From: Eubacteriales bacterium
Lineage (GTDB): Bacteria > Bacillota > Clostridia > Oscillospirales > CAG-272
Direction of reading: 5' to 3'
Length of the DNA stretch: 36,931 nt
Assembly (NCBI GenBank): GCA_045661285.1
Contig: JAZRFI010000109.1
Location: forward strand, 1-36,931
The notes beneath the pieces are model-generated. The model did no database searches. It worked only from the letters and a program-made list of their open reading frames with translations, and was not told the DNA's origin. A program made the position numbers and the translations under genes. Below are positions 33,465 to 36,931 of the stretch, one piece after another. Positions within the stretch are counted from its first letter, which is position 1. Each line of letters opens with the position of its first letter.

Positions 33465-34598
33465 TCACACCTTCCTATCCTTCGGGATATACATCGGCAT
33501 CGTGCTATGCCCCGAAAGGTGGCGGCCGTCCCCGATCACGACCGATTTATCCGAAACCAAGCAATTAAGCGTACATCCCTCTCCAACATAGGTGTTTTCA
33601 AACAGCACGCAATTGGTGACGATTGAGCCCCTTCCAACCTTGACACCGCGGAAAAGAACCGAATTTTCGACCCGCCCCTCAATCACGCAATCGTCTGCGA
33701 TCATACTTTCGCTTACACAGCTTTCCCCCCGATACCGAACGGGGGAAGAGTTATGTATGCGGGTGAGAATCGGGCGACGCGGATTTCCGAAAAGAGCCGC
33801 CCTTGCCGAGGGATCGCGGGTCAAAGCGATGCTTTCGTTGAAATAATCGTTGAAATTCCCAACCGACACGACCGCCCCCTCGTAAAGCTCTATCCTTATA
33901 TCGTATCCTTCTCTCCCCGCAACGATAAAATCGCGCGAAAGGCTCTTATACCCCCTCTTCTCCGCTTCCTTCAAAAGCTGAAGCAAAAAGGGGCGGCTGA
34001 CGATAAAAGCATCGGTAAAAAGATAGGGGTATCCGCGGGGCGCACCCTTTCCGATTGCGGCCCCCGTAAGGCGCCCCTCCTTATCGCCTTTTAAGAAAAG
34101 ACGGTTGGCGCTCTCCCCCGAAAGAGGGCGCCCCTTGGTCGCGAGAAGGGTCATATCACAGCCGTTTTCTTGGTGACGTCGAAGAAAGGTTGAAAGATCG
34201 GGGTTGAAAACGTATTCGCAATCCGCCATCACGATCAGCTCTTCCTTCATCGATTCAAGGTTTCCCCGAATGCTTTGAAGCGCCTCTAAATGCGTTTTGT
34301 AGACCCCGACCGCTTGCATGGGATTCGCCGACTGAAAGGGAGAAAAAAGGGTGATCCCCCCGCGGCGGCGCGCCAGATCCCAATCCTTTCCGCTTCCGAT
34401 ATGATCAAGAAGCGAGCGATAATTGTAGTTGGTGATCACGCTGATATTCGAAATGCCCGCGTTTACCATATTGGAAAGCGCGAAATCCACAAGGCGGTAA
34501 CGGCAGGCAAAGGGCAACGCCGCCAGCGTTCGATCCGCGGTAAGGCAGGAACGCTTGTTTTCATTCAAATTGGAAAAAACGATACCCGCAGCCTTCAA
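33465..34598 (-). CDS. glgD: ADP-glucose pyrophosphorylase regulatory subunit GlgD (TTG start)
   Basis: [55 protein letters not shown]. Confidence 0.93.
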   Translation of the reverse strand: MKAAGIVFSNLNENKRSCLTADRTLAALPFACRYRLVDFALSNMVNAGISNISVITNYNYRSLLDHIGSGKDWDLARRRGGITLFSPFQSANPMQAVGVYKTHLEALQSIRGNLESMKEELIVMADCEYVFNPDLSTFLRRHQENGCDMTLLATKGRPLSGESANRLFLKGDKEGRLTGAAIGKGAPRGYPYLFTDAFIVSRPFLLQLLKEAEKRGYKSLSRDFIVAGREGYDIRIELYEGAVVSVGNFNDYFNESIALTRDPSARAALFGNPRRPILTRIHNSSPVRYRGESCVSESMIADDCVIEGRVENSVLFRGVKVGRGSIVTNCVLFENTYVGEGCTLNCLVSDKSVVIGDGRHLSGHSTMPMYIPKDRKV

Positions 34599-35773
34599 AA
34601 TAACACCTTCTTTCCTTCACTTTCAAAGGGCGCTTCCCCCGAGATGACCGTGATGCTTTCCCGCCCGCCCTTTTCTTGACCGACGAGAACCCCTTCCCCG
34701 ATCGTAGCTTCACGGTCGACGATCGCGTAATGCACGCGTGCGCCCCGCTTGACCGTAGCATCGGCCATAATGACCGAATTATAGACCTCGGCGCCTTCCT
34801 CGACGACGACCCCGCCCGCAAGGATCGAATTGACGACCGTGCCGTTCACCGCCGTTCCTTCGGAGATCATAGAATTCTTGATGCATGCCTCTTTGCCGAT
34901 AAACTGGGGCGGGCGCGCCGTATTGCGCGAATAAATACGAAAATCGTTTTCTTGCCGCTTGATGATCGAGCCCTCGCCAAGCAGATCCATATTGGCCCCC
35001 CAAAGGCTTTCGATGGTCCCAACGTCCTTCCAATACCCCGAAAAGCGGTAGGAAAAAAGCGGCTCGCCCGCTTTGAGAAGACGGGGAATGACGTCCTTAC
35101 CGAAATCGTTGGAGGAGGTAGGATCCTTTTCATCGGCCTCTAAATATTCAACCAGCGTTTTCGTGTTGAATATGTAGATGCCCATCGATGCCTGATCGTT
35201 TTTCGGTTGCTTCGGCTTTTCTTCGAATTCATAGATACGCCCGTCCTCCTCGGTATTGCAGATACCGAAGCGAGAGGCCTCTCTTAGGGGAACGCAGACC
35301 GTAGCGACCGTGCAGACCGCCCCCGTTTTCTTGTGCGCGGCCAGCATCTTGGAATAATCCATTTTATAGATATGATCCCCCGAAAGGATAAGAACGTAGT
35401 CGGGATCGTAAAGCCTTATAAAATCAAGGTTTTGATAGATGGCGTTGGCCGTCCCCCGGTACCAATCCGAATGATCGCTTTTTTGATAGGGCGGCAAGAC
35501 CCGCAAGCCGCCGCGAGCGCGGTCAAGATCCCAGGGCGCGCCGTTTCCGATATATTCGTTAAGATCGAGGGGCTGATATTGGGTCAGCACCCCCACCGTA
35601 TCGATCCCCGAATTGATGCAATTGGAAAGCGCAAAATCAATGATGCGGTATTTCCCGCCGAAGCTGACCGCCGGCTTGGCTGTATGCTTGGTTAGCGCGA
35701 AAAGGCGGCTTCCCTGCCCCCCTGCCAAGAGCATGGCGATACATTCCTTCTTAAAAAACATAGCTTCTCTCAT
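34595..35773 (-). CDS. glgC: Glucose-1-phosphate adenylyltransferase (start may be ATG 35761)
   Basis: [14 protein letters not shown]...AKPAV.FGG.YRIIDF, GTANAI, LSGDH, FEEKP, DFGKD, YWKDVGT. Confidence 0.97.
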   Translation of the reverse strand: MREAMFFKKECIAMLLAGGQGSRLFALTKHTAKPAVSFGGKYRIIDFALSNCINSGIDTVGVLTQYQPLDLNEYIGNGAPWDLDRARGGLRVLPPYQKSDHSDWYRGTANAIYQNLDFIRLYDPDYVLILSGDHIYKMDYSKMLAAHKKTGAVCTVATVCVPLREASRFGICNTEEDGRIYEFEEKPKQPKNDQASMGIYIFNTKTLVEYLEADEKDPTSSNDFGKDVIPRLLKAGEPLFSYRFSGYWKDVGTIESLWGANMDLLGEGSIIKRQENDFRIYSRNTARPPQFIGKEACIKNSMISEGTAVNGTVVNSILAGGVVVEEGAEVYNSVIMADATVKRGARVHYAIVDREATIGEGVLVGQEKGGRESITVISGEAPFESEGKKVLF

Positions 35774-35785
35774 TTCTCACTAAAT

Positions 35786-36931
35786 CTATTGGGGCGAAAG
35801 AAGCCCCTCTTTCTCTATCCTTTTAAAGACCGCCCCCGCAAGCGGCGGTAGATCAACGATCAGCCTTTCCCCCTCTATCCTATGGGGGATATCCCCCACC
35901 TCCAAGGTAGAAAAAACGCTTTGGTAGGATCCCCCCTCGGGAAGCTTGATGCTTATCCCTCGGTTTTCCCGATCCGAAAAGCCGATCAGCGCAAGGATCT
36001 CCTCGCCCTCTTTTGAAAAGCGGCGGTAGCCGACGTAGCCCCCCTCGCTTTCATCGGCATAGACCCACCGAAAGCCCTCGTCGGAAAAATCGATCTCGTA
36101 AAAGGCGGGGGTCGAAAGGTACAAGCGGTTCAAGGCGGCAACATATTCCCGAAAAGCGTAATGCTTTTCGTATCCCAGCATAAACCATTCCAGCGAGCGG
36201 CGGAAGTCCCATTCCGCAAACTGGCCGTATTCACTGCCCATAAACAAAAGCTTTTTTCCGGGAAAGGTCGTATAAAACAGAAGCGCGCAACGCGCAAGGG
36301 CGAATTTTTCCTCATAGCTTCCGTACATTTTCCCAAGAAAAGAGCCCTTTCCGTGTACGACCTCATCGTGCGAGATCGGTAAAACATAGCGTTCCGAAAA
36401 AGCGTAGGTGATCGGGAAATTCAAGGCCGAATGAAGCCCCTTTTTTTCGTTTGGCGGGCTTTTTAGGTATCGGTAAAGGTCGTTTGCGAAGCCCATATTC
36501 CATTTTAGGTCAAACCCAAGCCCCCCCGCTTCCAAAGGCGCCGTAACGCCGGGATACGAGGTCGATTCCTCGGCGATCATCAAGCAATCGGGAAAGACGC
36601 TCTTTACAGCGCCGTTCAGCTTTTTTAAGAAGGCCTCGGCCTCCAAGTTTCGGTTGGTTCCCAAATGATTTGGCTCCCATTCCCCCTCGGCTCGGTCATA
36701 ATCAAGATAGAGCATCGAGGAGACCGCGTCGACCCGTAGCCCATCCAGATGAAATTCGCGCAGCCAATACAAAGCGTTTGAGATCAGAAAGCTTTGCACC
36801 TCCCCGCGCCCAAGGTCAAAATAACGCGTGCCCCAAGAGGGGGATTCCATGCGGTAGGGCGAGGCATATTCGTAAAGAGGCCCCCCGTCAAACTCGTAAA
36901 GCCCCCATTCATCCTTCGGGAAATGCGCGGG
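35786..36931 (-). CDS. glgB: 1,4-alpha-glucan branching enzyme (5'-truncated by window edge)
   Basis: Frame runs to the window end (PAHFPKDEWGLYEFDG); DGLRVDAVSSMLY, IAEEST, KWNMG, SHDEVVHGK, GKKLLFMG. Confidence 0.96.
   Translation of the reverse strand, partial: PAHFPKDEWGLYEFDGGPLYEYASPYRMESPSWGTRYFDLGRGEVQSFLISNALYWLREFHLDGLRVDAVSSMLYLDYDRAEGEWEPNHLGTNRNLEAEAFLKKLNGAVKSVFPDCLMIAEESTSYPGVTAPLEAGGLGFDLKWNMGFANDLYRYLKSPPNEKKGLHSALNFPITYAFSERYVLPISHDEVVHGKGSFLGKMYGSYEEKFALARCALLFYTTFPGKKLLFMGSEYGQFAEWDFRRSLEWFMLGYEKHYAFREYVAALNRLYLSTPAFYEIDFSDEGFRWVYADESEGGYVGYRRFSKEGEEILALIGFSDRENRGISIKLPEGGSYQSVFSTLEVGDIPHRIEGERLIVDLPPLAGAVFKRIEKEGLLSPQ

Noticed and set aside
1-36931. CRISPR arrays, IS/prophage, integrases, tRNA/rRNA, defence islands
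   Set aside because: No spaced direct repeats, transposase/integrase motifs or cloverleaf structures seen; the long inverted repeats are explained as terminators or SRP RNA.

Overview
Core-genome segment of a spore-forming Clostridia/Bacillota bacterium (inferred from spo0A, pro-sigK, yqfCD, ylbJ, glgD and a long Alu-domain SRP RNA). Gene order: nusG(partial)-rplK-rplA >< mutS2-recO-era-ybeY-phoH-yqfD-yqfC <> ylbJ >< pckG <> spo0A >< ComEC-like MBL lipoprotein-recR-ybaB-dnaX-ffs, ymfI-like SDR <> pseudo-receiver OmpR-type regulator-sigK-DUF378-mazF-fba-S1 protein-nadE >< comF-glnS-MBL hydrolase <> DUF3343-cysteine desulfurase >< GH13-glgP-glgA-glgD-glgC-glgB(partial). I found no mobile element, CRISPR array, tRNA or rRNA. 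The best candidate for an undescribed system is the sigK-linked cluster. It holds a non-phosphorylatable OmpR-like regulator and an intact MazF RNase with no adjacent antitoxin; the MazF has a tail extension, a hairpin-bridged ribosome binding site and a possible sporulation promoter. Other notable items are a NusG whose S10/Rho-binding KOW surface has degenerated, an E. coli-like A_AAA_AAG slippery site in dnaX, a divergent Spo0A receiver, and a sigmaA promoter hidden inside yqfD. All calls are by eye from motifs; no searches were run.
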